From Blastocladiella emersonii ATCC 22665 (lineage: Eukaryota > Fungi > Blastocladiomycota): DNA of 64,000 nucleotides. Below the pieces are notes generated by a model. That model was not told the origin of the DNA. It did not search any database and was given only the letters and a program-made list of their open reading frames with translations. This document shows positions 1 through 12,800 of this stretch, one piece after another; within the stretch, counting starts at the first letter, position 1, and every line of letters begins with the position of its first letter. Position numbers and translations under genes: made by a program. The stretch covers positions 186,001 through 250,000 of the forward strand of contig JANHCV010000002.1 in assembly GCA_025594325.1 (NCBI GenBank), read 5' to 3'.

Positions 1-10
1 CGCCTCGACC

Positions 11-1594
11 ATGGCCACGATTTGGCCAACCCACTATTCATCCACGCCCACGCCCGCTTGGCTCGAGCAGCGCGCCGCGCCCGCCGACGCGTGGGCGGCC
101 GCCGGCCGGCTTCCTGCTCCCGCGGCGCGTCCGACTCTCGGCGCGACGGTGCTCGAGCCGCACTCGGTCCCGTCGGCGGCGCTGCGCGCGATGCTGCAGG
201 CCAAGGACCAGCTGTCGGGCGCGTTTGCCCCCGCGCACGTCAAGCAGCGCCCTCGATGCGCTGTGGCCGATCCCGCCTCGGACGATTGCCCTGTCGGTGC
301 GTCTCGCTGCCTGGCCGCCACGACACCCGCACCCGCACCCGCTCTGGCGGGTGAGCACGGCGCGCGAGATCGTCGTCCCGCGGCGAGTGGGAGCGGTCCC
401 GTTCCCGATCGTGGCCTCCACGGCGGCGACGCGGCGCGCCCGCCATCGATTGCGGGCGCGCGGCCAGGTGCGGACACGGTCCCTGGCGCGCCGCCGCCGC
501 CGCCGCCGCCGTCGCGTCTCCGCGTTCGCGGCGCCGTCCGCACCCACGTCCCCGTCGCGCCACACGGCGCAGCGCGTCGCGCGCACCTCCCGCCCCAGCC
601 ACCCCCTGAACTCGCCCGCTTCGGCACCTCGCGGGGTAAGGCACCTGCCACGCTGCCGAGTGTGGGACGGCGCCCCGCCCGATGCGCCCCGGACGGGGGC
701 GCGCCGCCGCGCGCGGCCGGGTCCCACGGAGCGCGCGACATGGCCGGCGCCATGTCCCGATCCGACCCCCGCCTCCACCCCGTCCTCACCGCCGCCGCGG
801 ACAGGGGCGTCACGCGCCCACCGGCGTTCCCCACGCTCACGGCGCCGCGGGCCGACGTGCTGCGCTCGCACGGCCGCGGGCGCGACGCATGCCACCCCGA
901 TCGCCCCGCCCGGCCCCATCTGCCGCCCGCTGCGGACACGCGGCCCGCCCTCCGCGGACACTGGCCGCCCTGCGCGCCCGTCCCGATCGGCGCCGCGCCG
1001 CCACGTCCCTCGCTCCACTCCCACGCTCACGACTGCCGCCACGCGCCCGCCTTCGTCGCGTGCTGTCCGACCCCGCCCTCGAGCGACGACGGCGCGACGC
1101 CCGGCCCACGGCCCGATCTCCTCCGCTTCGCCTTCTTCCCGTCCTCCTCGCAGCAGCCGTCCAAGCTCGCAACACCGCCCGCACCTCCTCCTCCTCCTCC
1201 TCCCCCTCCCCCGCCCCCGCCGCCGCCGGCCGTGTCGCTCTGGGTCAAGCAGCAGCAGCAGCCCGGCGTGCACCGCCGCCCCCACGGCCCGCGCGCCGCG
1301 TTCGAGTTTGTGATCCCCGTCGACCTGCGGCCTCCACGGCGGCCATCCAAGCTCGCTGCGAGCAGCACCGGCGCGTTCGTCTTCTCGCTCCCGCCACCTG
1401 CACGGTCCAGCAGCGACGCGCGGCCGGGGTTCGACGCGGCGACGCGCCGCCGGCACGTACGCGCGCACCCGTACGCTGCTGCTGCGCGACCCATCGTCTT
1501 CACGCTGCCCGTCGTCCCCGCCGCGTCGCCCGGACCACGGTCGACGGCGGCTGGGTTCGAGTTCACCATGCTTGCGCCGCCGTTGCGGTGTTGA
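11..1594 (+). CDS. Hypothetical Pro/Ala/Arg-rich, probably disordered protein (527 aa) with repeated F-x-F-x-hydrophobic-P-like motifs
   Basis: ATG in good context (GACCATGG). Long ORF with a poly-Pro tract (~1183-1225) and recurrent aromatic motifs in the C-terminal third. No recognisable domain; long ORFs arise easily at this GC content. Confidence 0.5.
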   Translation: MATIWPTHYSSTPTPAWLEQRAAPADAWAAAGRLPAPAARPTLGATVLEPHSVPSAALRAMLQAKDQLSGAFAPAHVKQRPRCAVADPASDDCPVGASRCLAATTPAPAPALAGEHGARDRRPAASGSGPVPDRGLHGGDAARPPSIAGARPGADTVPGAPPPPPPPSRLRVRGAVRTHVPVAPHGAARRAHLPPQPPPELARFGTSRGKAPATLPSVGRRPARCAPDGGAPPRAAGSHGARDMAGAMSRSDPRLHPVLTAAADRGVTRPPAFPTLTAPRADVLRSHGRGRDACHPDRPARPHLPPAADTRPALRGHWPPCAPVPIGAAPPRPSLHSHAHDCRHAPAFVACCPTPPSSDDGATPGPRPDLLRFAFFPSSSQQPSKLATPPAPPPPPPPPPPPPPPPAVSLWVKQQQQPGVHRRPHGPRAAFEFVIPVDLRPPRRPSKLAASSTGAFVFSLPPPARSSSDARPGFDAATRRRHVRAHPYAAAARPIVFTLPVVPAASPGPRSTAAGFEFTMLAPPLRC

Positions 1595-3852
1595 GCTCTC
1601 ATACAAACCCTCAGTGACGTCTTCTCATACCTTGAGGCGCAGCGCGCGACGCGCCACGATGAGCGCAAGCCTCGAACAGCGAGCCTGAGTGGCTGCACCG
1701 CACAGCGAACCCAAGGACGCCGTGCGTCGGCGCCGACCACAAGTGAGTGACGATGGTGGCCACGGGTGCGTGAGTGGCGCTGGGGCTGAGCGCCGCCATC
1801 GCCTCGCGCCCCTGCCCACGCTGGCCACGGCACGGCCATGACCACCGTGGCGCCGACGCGCAGCGAACCATGGCCGGCGGAAATTTGGGTGACGTCGCCA
1901 GAAGTATGAGCACTTAGACGCGTCGTCGCCTGACCGACGCGGCGCGCGAGATGGTCGTCGACCGCGACGCGCCAAGTTTCAGGCACGGTGCAGCGTTCTG
2001 CGTCACTAAATTTATGTGGTCGGCTATTCGTGAGGGCGAGTGGCAGGTTTCGGGCCGAGCTGGCCCCATGTGGCGCTCACGCCGTGCGTTTCTTCGTCGC
2101 CCCCCCTGCCGCCGCCGCCGGTCGCTCGCTCACCTTCTTCTCCTCTCTCCCCGCACGCTCTGCTCTTGCTCCTGCTGTCGCCTCCTGCCCCTGCTCTGCA
2201 CCCGTACACGCCGTCTTGACGCACTTGCTGCGGCATACACGGGTACGTCACTCTCTACGTCTCGCTCGCGTCCTCGCCGTCGTCCTCGCGTGATCCCGGC
2301 CGTGATCGTCTTTGTCGCTCCCCTCCCCTCTTGCTCGTCGTGGCCCCTCCTCATGCCCCTCCACTGCCACTCCGTCGCTGGCCGCTCAGCCTCTGCGCAG
2401 TCGCCACGTCGGCCGGCTCGCGTCGGCCTCGCCGTCCTCCGCGTCGCTCTCGCCGTCTCGCTGCACTTCTCGCGCTGCCCCTCCTCGGCGTCGGCCGTCC
2501 GTGTCTGGTGCTGACAGCGCGCGCGCGACGACGACGATGGCGGCGGCCGGCGTGGCTGACCTGGGGCCAGCCCCACCGCCATGAGCGCGTTTCACTTCCT
2601 TTCTCCGCCCTGGCGCTGCCGCCGCCGCCGTCGTCGACAAGGACCCAGGCGCTCGGCTCGCTCGATCCACAGGTGTCCTTGTCTGCCGGCGTCGGGGCTC
2701 GGCGGCTCGCGCGCGTCGAGGAGGCGTGGATCGCGACGCGCGACGCGGTCACGGCGGCCACGGTGGCCGGCCGTCGTCGACGAGGGCCTCGCGGCCGCTT
2801 ACCAGCGCCGCACACTCGTCGACGGCGACGACAGTGCCGACGATCCCGACGGTGGCCGTGCCGTGCGCCTCCCTTCCGCATTCCCCGCATCGCTCGATTT
2901 CACGCGCCAGGATCATCAGGCGCGGGCCGGATGAACCCGCTGGACCCGTCCTCGCTGCTCTGCATCCTTCCGGCCGGTGCGCTGGACCCACGCAGGCTCG
3001 CATGGGCCGCGTGGGCCCAGCCATGAGCGAGCAGGTTTGCGCACGCCCGGTGTTTCGCCTCGGAGACGCCCCGGCCGCCCGCCGCCCACTCGCTGCGCCG
3101 CCGCCGTCGCCACACGCGAGCTTCTCGATTCCTTGTGGACCCAGGCTAACAACGAGTGTCGTCGCCACACTCCCTCCCCCGCACCCGCCTGCCCGCCGAT
3201 TCTCTCTCTTCTCCCTCGCCGCTCTCTCGTCTGCTCGCCCGTCGCCTGCTGCCGCTGCACCATACCACCCCCTATAGACTTCGCTGCACTCGCACGGCTG
3301 GCTGCGCGCTCTCGCTCGCAAGAGATCCCCCCCACTCAGCAACTACCCACCCCCGCCCAGTCCAGGAGAGTCGCTGCCGCCTACACCCGCGCGCTCGCTC
3401 CCCGCTGCCCCCGACTTAGACTTATAGACGTAGAGGGCGTGTGTGTTGTGTGTGATTCGTGAGCTTTCCTCTGCTGGTCTGCCTCGCCTGTCCCCTCCCC
3501 TGCCCATTTTCTACGTGTGCGCGCCGTGCTCGTGTGTGTCCTCCTCGTCACCCTTGCACCGCTGCCCCCCTCGTGTGTGTGGTCCTGGCCTAGTCGCGCT
3601 GTCTCTCCGAGTACGTTCTTCCCTTCTCTTCGGCTGCTGCCCCTGCGTCGTTCGTCGTCGTCGTCGCCGTCGCCGTCGCGGAATGCGGTCGGCGGCCGGC
3701 GACGGCGACGGCGAGGGTTGCAGCTTGCTGCCGCGACTGCGTTTCGGATCACGCATCTCATCACCGCCCACCCGATCTCGTCGCGTCCTTCTAGGCCCTC
3801 GCGTAACTCCACCCATATTCCCACCACCACCACCACCACCTTCACCGCCACC

Positions 3853-6800
3853 ATGGTCGCCGCCTCCGACGCCCACGTGGCCCCGGCCGGCGTCAACCAC
3901 GCCGAGACGGTCGACATCTACGTGCGCAACGTCAACGACGCCGGCACCGCCGACCCGCGCGAGCTCGACGACCGCGACGACATTGTGCGGTCCGGCGCCA
4001 AGGGCTCGGCCGGCGCTGCCGCTGTGGCGACGCCGACCGGCTGGCGCGGGCTCCTCCGCACGCGCCGGCGCAAGGTCCTGGCGTGCTGCCTGTCCTTCTT
4101 CCTGGTCCTGATCCTGTTCGTGGTCATCGCCTACTTTGCCATCGTGCCCAACATCGTGCGCGGCAAGTTCGCCAAGTCGCAGCTGTTCCTGTACCAGAAC
4201 TCGGTCGACGTCGACCTGTACGCCAACTCGCCGCAGGTCAACGTCAAGATGGACTCGGAGCTGTTCGTCTACGGCACCGACATCGAGACCAAGTTCGACC
4301 CCGAGACGTGGGTCGTCAAGACGGGCGACGGCGTCACCATCGTCGACGAGCTGCCCATGCCCGCCAAGACCACGTACATCGACAAGCGCTACAACATGGT
4401 CATGGACGCCCCCGTCAAGCTCGGCAACCTCGACAAGCTCGGCGAGCTCCTCCGCATGCTCTCGTCGCCCGAGGGCATCTCGGACGCCGTCGGCAACATC
4501 GAGATCCACACCAAGATGGGCGTCACCCTCTTCGGCATGCACCTCTACTCCAACCTCGACGCCGTCAAGAAGTACGACCTCCGCGGTCTCTCGTTCGCCA
4601 AGATCTTTGACAACATGCTCACGGGCAAGCCCCTCCCTGGGTGTACGTTTGCTCTCTACTCTCTCGTCGACTTGCTCGACCTGACCACTCACACTCGTAT
4701 CGCACCCAAACAACTAGTCCTCGGCGAGAAGATGCCCGAGGACCCGACCCTGGCCAAGTACCCGCGCCCCGCCCCGCGCAAGGCCGACCCGCTGCAGGTC
4801 AAGTCCGTCGTCATGACCACCAACGACAAGGGCTTCTCGGTGACGGCCGACCTCGACTACGACAACCCGACGCCCTTCGCCACCAACATTGGCGGGCTCT
4901 CGCTGGTCGTCAAGCTCTACGACACGCCGGTCCTCCGCATCGGCGTGCGCGACGTCAACCTCGTCCGCGGCAAGGGCAGCATGAAGCCGTCGCTCGACCT
5001 CGAGCTGCTCGAGGACTACCCCAAGATCGGCGACCTCCTCCGCAACGCCGTCGTCGACTTCATGGGCAAGGGCACGCTCCCCGTCGCCATCGCTGGCCCC
5101 ATCAACCTGCTCGCCAAGGAGAACGCCTCCGCCGGCGCCAAGGTCGTCCCCGCAGAGTGGATGAACAAGGCCACGGCCCCGCTCGCCATCACCATCCCGC
5201 CCGCGCTCATCGCCAAGGCGACCGCCGGTGACGCCAAGGACGCCAACAAGTCGGCTGCTTCGGCCGCGCCCTCGCTCCTGTCGCAGCTCGGCATCAAGGT
5301 CGGCCTCGCCATGGACGCCGACAAGATCACGGTCCCCGTCAAGGTGACCCTGCCCAAGTCGCTGTCGCTCCCGCAGCTCAAGCTCGACTACAACCTCGGC
5401 GTCAACCTGTACGCGGACGCGGCCAAGTTCCTCGGCATCTCGGTCAACGACCTGCAGATCGCCAAGCCCAAGGACACCGACTCGGGCAACGTCGCCTCCA
5501 CCACCATCGTCCTGACCCCCGACAACTCGGCGCCCGCCGCCGCGGGGATCGCCAAGTTCGTCGAGAACGTCCTCTACTCGGACTCGATCGCCCAGCTCAC
5601 CGTCAAGGACATTGCCGTCACCCCCGCCGCCAAGGACGCGGCCGAGTGCAAGTGGTGCACCGCGCTCTTCGCCAAGCTCGACTTCCCGCTGCCCATCCAG
5701 TCCGTCCCGCTTAAGAAGACGCTCATCGACCTCGTGTCCAAGCCCGCTGCTCCCGCCGCCGCGGCTGGCGCGTCGTCGGCGCCCGGTATCAAGATCAACG
5801 GCATCGACATCAAGCAGGAGGCCGACAGCCCCGCCATCACGGTCACGGCCGACCTCGACCTCGCTGCGCCCATCGCCATGATCGACACGGTCAACGTGCC
5901 GTTCGCCAAGGTCGACTTCCAGGTCGACGACGCGACCGCCGTCACCGTCTCGCTCCCCTCGGGCGTCCAGGTCAACGGCGACTCGGCCAAGCTCAAGGTC
6001 GCGGTCCGCGCCACCTTCGGCAACTCAGCCGACGTGCAGACCAAGATCGCCGCGCTCGTGTCGCGGTTCCTCGGCACCCAGGACGGCGCGTCCAAGCTCG
6101 CCGTCACGGGCGTCGCGTTCGGCGCCGCCGACAAGCCGTTCAAGACGTTCGAGCTTGTCAACGTGCACCTCACGACCGACGACGTCAAGGAGATCCTCGC
6201 CGCCAAGCCCGCGTCGGGCCCCGGCCTCGTCCTCCCGCCCGGCCTCATCAAGCCGACCGGCGTCGACGTCGCCATGACCGCCGCCAACACCATCATGGCG
6301 TCCGTCTCCGCGCAGATCATGAACCCGTTCCCGATTTCGGCGTCCATTGGCTCGCTCTCGCTCTCGGCCCTGCTCAACGACCAGACGCTCGTCACCGTGA
6401 CCCTGCCGCCGCTCGCCATCTCGGCGTCGGGCACCAACGCGCTTGAGCTCAAGGACATCAAGATCGAGCTCGGCACCTCGGACGCGCTCCCGCCCATGAT
6501 CGCCGACCTCGTCGGCAAGGTCCTCGCCAAGCAGCCGCTCACCGGCACGGTCGGCGTTACCGGGATTAACCTGGGTGCACCCGCCAGTGGCAAGCCCGAG
6601 GCCACGATCCAGACGCTCGCCCGCGTCCGCATCACCAAGGACCTCGCCGCGCTCGCCGCGGCGCCCGCGTCGTCGGCTGGCTCGGTCCTCGACACCTCGG
6701 CGCTGATCCCCGCCGGCGGCCTCGCGCTGCCGACGCCCAAGCTCGTCTCGGCGTCGGTCGCGACCAAGGAGGGCGCCACGCTCGCGCTCGGCGTCGCCCT

Positions 6801-9800
6801 TGACATCGCCAACCCGCTCCCCGTCTCGGTCAAGATCCCGTTCATCGGGCTCTCGGTCGGCCTCGACAACGCCGGCGAGGTCGCGGGCGTCTCGATCGAG
6901 GGGCTCGACCTCAAGCGCGGCACGGGTCGCCTCGCCCTCACCGTCACGCTGCGCATGAACAACGACGAGGCGGTCCAGAACCGCGTCGCGCAGGTCGTCG
7001 CGCAGGCCCTCGCCGGCCAGAACGTCGACGGCGCGCTCATCATCTCGCGCATCCTCCTCGGCGTGTCGCCGTCCGAGACCACCAAGCTGCTCTCGGCCGT
7101 CAGCGTGCCTGTCCCGCTCGCCTCGCTCGTCAACGGCGCCGGCAGTCTCGGCGCGGGCAACAACCCCGACGCGCCGTCGCCGCTCTCGGGCGCGCTCGCC
7201 GGGTTCGACAAGCCCGAGATCAAGAACATCCGCGTCGCCACGCTCGACGGCGGGCGCGTCGCCGTCAGCCTCGCGGCCGCCTTCAACAACCCGCTCCCCG
7301 TCTCGGTCGATATCGGGTACCTCGCCCTCCAGACCCGCGTCTCGGGCGCGCCGTTCATTGGGATCTCGGCCTCCGGCATCAAGGTCGCCGCGGGCGGCGC
7401 CAACAACCTCGAGCTGACCGTCAACCTCGACTTCGCGTCGGGCGAGGACACCCAGGTCGCCGTCAAGAACCTCGTCACCGAGCTCCTGTACCTCAAGGAG
7501 TGGAAGTCGACGGTCGGCGTCGGCTCGCTCGTCCTGGGCGTCAACGACAAGGACACGATCCGCACGCTGTCGCGCGTCAACGTCGACCTGCCCGTCACCA
7601 CGTTCGTGACCCCCGCCAAGCTCGCCGAGCTGACCGCGGGGCTCGGCAAGAGTTCGGGTTCGTCGGGTTCGGGTGCGTCGCCGCTCGCCATGCTCAAGGA
7701 CCTGAGCGTCGACGTGCAGCGCGGCGACCGCATCAACGTCAAGACGACGCTCGCGCTCGCGCTCCCCGTCTCGCTCGACATTGGGTTCGTCAGCGTCACG
7801 GCGCGCCTCAACCGCATCGCGGCCGCCGTGCTGCAGCTCAACGGGCTCAAGACGGGCGACAAGCCCGAGCTCGCCGTCAACCTCGACATTACGATCCAGG
7901 ACTCGGACGCGCTCGCCAGCGTGATCGCGGGTCTCGTGCGCGACGTGGTGGCCAAGAAGCCCGAGCTGCCGTACCTCGTCGGCATCACGGCGCTGCGCTT
8001 CGGCAAGGACCCCGCCAAGCCGATCGACACGTTTGCGCGCGTCGAGGCCGACCTCCCGCTCGCCATGCTGGGTCTCCCCGGCAAGTCGACCGACGGTGCC
8101 CCCTCGCCCCTCGCGGGCCTCGTTAAGCTCAACGGCATCAAGGACGTCAAGGTCGCGACCAAGGGTGGCAAGCGCGTGCAGGCCGACCTCGTGGCCAACC
8201 TCGGCCTCCCCTTCAAGGTGTCGCTCAACGTGCCCGTCATCATGGTGCGCGTGCGCGTCGATGACACGCAGATTGTCACGGTCCAGACGGGCGTGTCTCT
8301 GAAGCCCGACTCGGCGGACCTCGCGCTCTCGGTCGGCGTCACATTCGACGACAACGACAAGACGCAGGGCATGGTCGCCGCGCTCGTGCAGCAGGTGCTC
8401 GGCGGCAAGGGCGGCGACGTCGCCTCGCAGCTCATTGTGACCGGGATCGAGGTCGGAGCCGCGTCGGACGATACCATCACGGCGTTTGCCAAGGTCGAGG
8501 TCGCCGTGCCCCTGCGCGACCTGCTCAAGGGCGGTCTCCCGTCGCTCCCCGCTTCTGGCGGCAACAGCACCGCGTCGCCCGTGGCGCTGAGCGACGTCAA
8601 GGTCGAGGCCAAGACGGGCGCCGTCGTCGACGTGAGCCTCAAGGCCGCGCTCGGCTTCGCGTTCCCCGTGACCGTCGATGTCGGGTACATTGCCGCCACG
8701 ATCGGCCTCAACCGCAACGACATGGTCGTGCTCTCTGTCTCGGGCCTGCAGGCGTCGCCCGCGACCAAGGAGCTCGCGCTCACCATCTCGGCCAAGTTCC
8801 TGACCTCGGACGCTCTCTCGGGAGACCTGTCGGCGACCGCCGGCGCCGTGCTGCGCAAGCTCGCCGGCGATTCCATTGACGTGCCCGGCTCCGTGTCGGT
8901 CGGCGGCATCGTTTTCGGCGTTTCCGCGTCGGACAACATCGCGCTGCTGTCCAAGGTGTTTGTCGACCTTCGCGTCGCCGACCTCCTGGCCAAGCTCCCC
9001 GCTGGCGGTGCCGGCGGCGATGCGCCTAAGCTCCTCGGCGGCGTGTCCAACATCACGGTCGCTGCGCTGCCCGGCGACGTCATCAAGGCCGGCCTAGTCG
9101 CGCAGATCAACCTGCCCATGAAGCTCGACGTCAACATCCCCTACATTGGCGTTGGCGCCGCGCTCGACAACGTGCTGCTCGCGCGCGTCGCCGTCGAGGG
9201 TCTGCGCATCACGCCGCAGTCCAACAACGTCGCCATCAACCTGAGCGTGCTCATCGAGGACAAGGAGGAGGCGCAGAACAAGATCGCCGACGTGGTCAAG
9301 GCCATCCTGTACTCCAAGGACCCCGTCCCCAATTTCGCGGTCGTGACCGGGTTCGAGTTTGGCCTGTCGCCGACCGATCGCGTCACCACGTTCTCGGCCG
9401 TCAAGGCCGGCGCCAAGGTGGCCGACCTCGTCAACAAGGTCAAGGAGATTGTGTCCGCGCCACCCACCGCGGGTGCGCCGTCGCTGATCGCCGGTGTGCG
9501 CGACATTGCCGTCGACGTCAAGCCGGGCGCCACGGTCGAGGTCGGGCTCACGGCCGAGCTCGCGCAGGCGCTGCCGCTGTCGCTCGACATTGGGTTCGTG
9601 ACGGCCACGCTCGGCCTCAACAAGTCGCCGCTCGTGACGCTGACGCTCGGCGCCATCAAGGCGAGCCCCGCGTCCAAGGACCTCTCCCTGAAGCTGTCGG
9701 CCAAGTTCTACGAGTCGGCCGAGCTCGGCGCCGACCTCAAGGCGCTCGTGCTCGCGGTCCTGAAAAAGTCGGAGCTCACGGGCTACGTCTCGGTCGCCAA

Positions 9801-12800
9801 TTTCGCGTTAGGCGCCAAGCCCGACGACAACGTGGCGCTCTTCTCGCGCGCCGTCGTCGCGCTGCCCATCGGCACGATCATGTCCAAGATCCCGGCCAAC
9901 GGCGCGGGCGCGGGCGCGTCGCTCCCGATGCCCAAGATCAAGGGCTTCAGCAACCTGCGCATCTCCAGCATGCCCAAGGACGTGCTCAACGCCACGTTCG
10001 GCCTCGGCCTCGAGCTGCCGTTCAAGGCGTCCATCAACGTGCCGTTCGTCGGCGCGGCCCTCGCCATCGACACGACGCCCATCCTCAAGGTCGGCGTGTC
10101 CGGGCTCAAGGTCACGCCCGAGAACTCGGATCTGTCGCTTGGCGTCATGGTCCAGTTCATTGACACGCCCGAGGCGCAGGCCAAGATCGCGGCGCTCGCG
10201 CAGGCCATTTTCGTGGAAAAGAAGCCCGTCGAGTCGCTGCTCATCGTGACGGGCGCGACGGTCGGCGTTTCGGCCGAGGACGCCGTCAAGACGTTCCAGC
10301 AGGTCGTCGTGCCGCTGCCCATCAAGGACCTCGTCGCCCAGATTGGTTCCGGAAATGGCGGGATCGCGCTCCCCGCGCCCGCCAACGGCACGGCGCTCGT
10401 GTCGGTCAAGGACGTCAAGGTGGCCGCCGTGTCGGGCGGCATCGTCGAGGCCAGCGCCGTGGCGGCGCTCGGCGTCTCGTTCCCCGTCTCGGTCCAGGTC
10501 GGGTACATTGGCGTCAACGTTGGGCTCAACGCCAACACCATGGTCGTGCTCTCGGTCTCGAACCTCGACGTGTCGCTGCAGTCCAAGGAGCTCGCCGTCA
10601 AGGTGTCGGCCAAGTTCCTGACGTCCGACTCCCTGTCCAACGACCTTTCGGCGACGGTCGGCGCCGTGCTGCGCAAGCTGTCGGGCGAGGCGGTCGACGT
10701 GCCCGGCGCCCTGTCCGTCGGCGGACTCGTGTTCGGGTCGTCTGAGTCGGACAACGTCGCGCTGCTGTCGGGCGTCACGGTCCAGAAGCCCGTTGCCGAG
10801 CTGCTCGCCATGCTCCCCACGACGCCGGCGCAGCCCGATGCGCCCAAGCTCCTCGGCGCCATCTCGAACGTGACGGTCGCGGCGACGACGGGTGACGTGA
10901 TCGCGGCGAGCCTCGTCGCGCAGATCAACCTGCCCATGAAGCTCGACGTCAACATCCCCTACATTGGCGTCGGCGCCGCGCTCGACAACCAGCTGCTCGC
11001 GCGCGTCATGGTCGACGGGCTCCGCATCTCGCCGGCGAGCAACGCCGTGTCGGTCAAGGTCGCCGTCAAGTTCGAGGACACGGACGAGGCGCAGAACAAG
11101 GTCGCCGACGTGGTCAAGGCCGTGCTCTTCTCCAAGGACCCCGTCAACAATTTCGCGGTGGTGACCGGGTTTGAGTTTGGCCTTTCGCCCTCGGACCGCG
11201 TGACGACGTTTGCGTCGGTCAAGGCGGGCGCCAAGGTCGCCGACCTGGTCAACAAGGTCAAGCAGATCATCGCCGCGCCGCCCGCTCCGGGTACTCCGTC
11301 GCTCATCACGGGCGTCAAGGACATTGTTGTCGACGTCAAGCCCAAGAACACGGTGGAGCTCGGCCTCACGGCGCAGCTCGCGCAGGCGCTGCCGCTGTCG
11401 CTCGACATTGGGTACATTGGCGGCGTGCTCGGGCTCAACAAGAACCCGCTCGTGGCGCTGTCGATTGGCGCGATCCGCGCGACGCCCGAGTCCAAGGAGA
11501 TCTCGCTCAAGCTGTCGGCCACGCTCTTTGAGTCGGCCGAGCTCGGCGCCGACCTGCGCGACCTCGTGCTCGCCGTCGTCAAGAAGACCGAGGTGACGGG
11601 CTACCTGACCGTTTCCCGGCTCGCCCTCGGGGTCAAGCCCGACGATTTCATTGGCACCTTCTCGCGCGCCGTCGTCGCCGTGCCCATGGGCACGCTGGTC
11701 GCCGCGATCCCGCAGCAGGGTTCGGGCGCCTCGCTCCCGATGCCCAAGCTCAAGGGCCTGCGCGATCTCAAGGTCGCGACGCTGCCCAACGACGTGATCC
11801 AGGCCTCGTTCGCGCTCGGCCTCGACATGCCGTTCAAGGCGTCGCTCAACCTGCCGTTTGTCGGCGCCGCCGTGGCCGTCGACCGCACCGTGATCGCCAA
11901 GGTCGGCGTGTCGGGCATCAAGATCACGCCCGAGAACGCGGACCTGTCGCTCGGCGTGCAGGTGCAGATCGCCGACACGCCCGAGGCGCAGGACATGGTC
12001 GCCAAGCTCGTGCGCTCGGTGCTGTTCGAGACCAACCCGATCACCAACATCCTCATGATCACGGGCGTCCAGCTGGGCATTTCGGCTGAGGAGAGCATCA
12101 AGACGTTCCAGCAGGTCGTCGTCCCGATCCCCCTGCAGGACCTGGTCAAGGACATTCCCAAGGGCCTGCCCGCGATTGGTGGGGGAGACAAGCCGCTGCC
12201 CATTTCGGCCAAGGACATCAAGGTCGCGGTCCGCCCCGGCGGCGCCGTTGACCTGAGCCTTGTCGCCGTGCTCAACAACCTCACGTTCCCCGCGGACGTG
12301 AACGTCGGCTTCGTCTCGGCGACGCTCGGCCTCAACTCGCACTCGCTCGTGACGGTCGCCGTCGACGGCCTCAAGGTGTCGCCCTCGACCAAGGAGCTGG
12401 CCCTCGCCGTGTCGCTGCAGTTCAGCAACGCTGACGACATTGCGGCCGACCTCGCGCAGCTCGTCGACGCCGTGTTCAACAAGAAGGAGGTGACCGGGTT
12501 CGCCATGATCACGGGCGCGGCCTTTGGTGCTTCGCGCCAGGACAATATCGCGCTGCTGTCCAAGGCGGTGGTCGCGATCCCGCTCTCCCAGTTCTCCAAA
12601 CAGCTCGGCGCGCTCCCCGACGCCCTCGGCCAGGCGCTCGCCGGCGTCGGCAAGGGCCCGTCGCCCGTGCAGATCAAGTCGCTCGGCGTCGCCGCCAAGG
12701 AGAACGCGCTGATCGAGGTCAGCACCGAGCTCGCGCTCGGCATCCAGATCCCCGTCTCGGTCGACGTCGGCTTCATCAACGTGGACGCGCAGCTCGGCCC

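Noticed and set aside
1950-3500. Overlapping 90-230-aa ORFs on both strands
   Set aside because: They are Arg/Pro/Ala-rich translations of GC-rich low-complexity DNA with no consistent codon bias. Probably intergenic or the 5' leader of the giant gene.
4643-4717. Several stop-free 3n introns (4643-4717, 28412-28486, 41305-41370) as a regulated retention system
   Set aside because: In short GC-rich introns this frequency is roughly what chance would give. Only the 375-nt G4-containing intron was kept.
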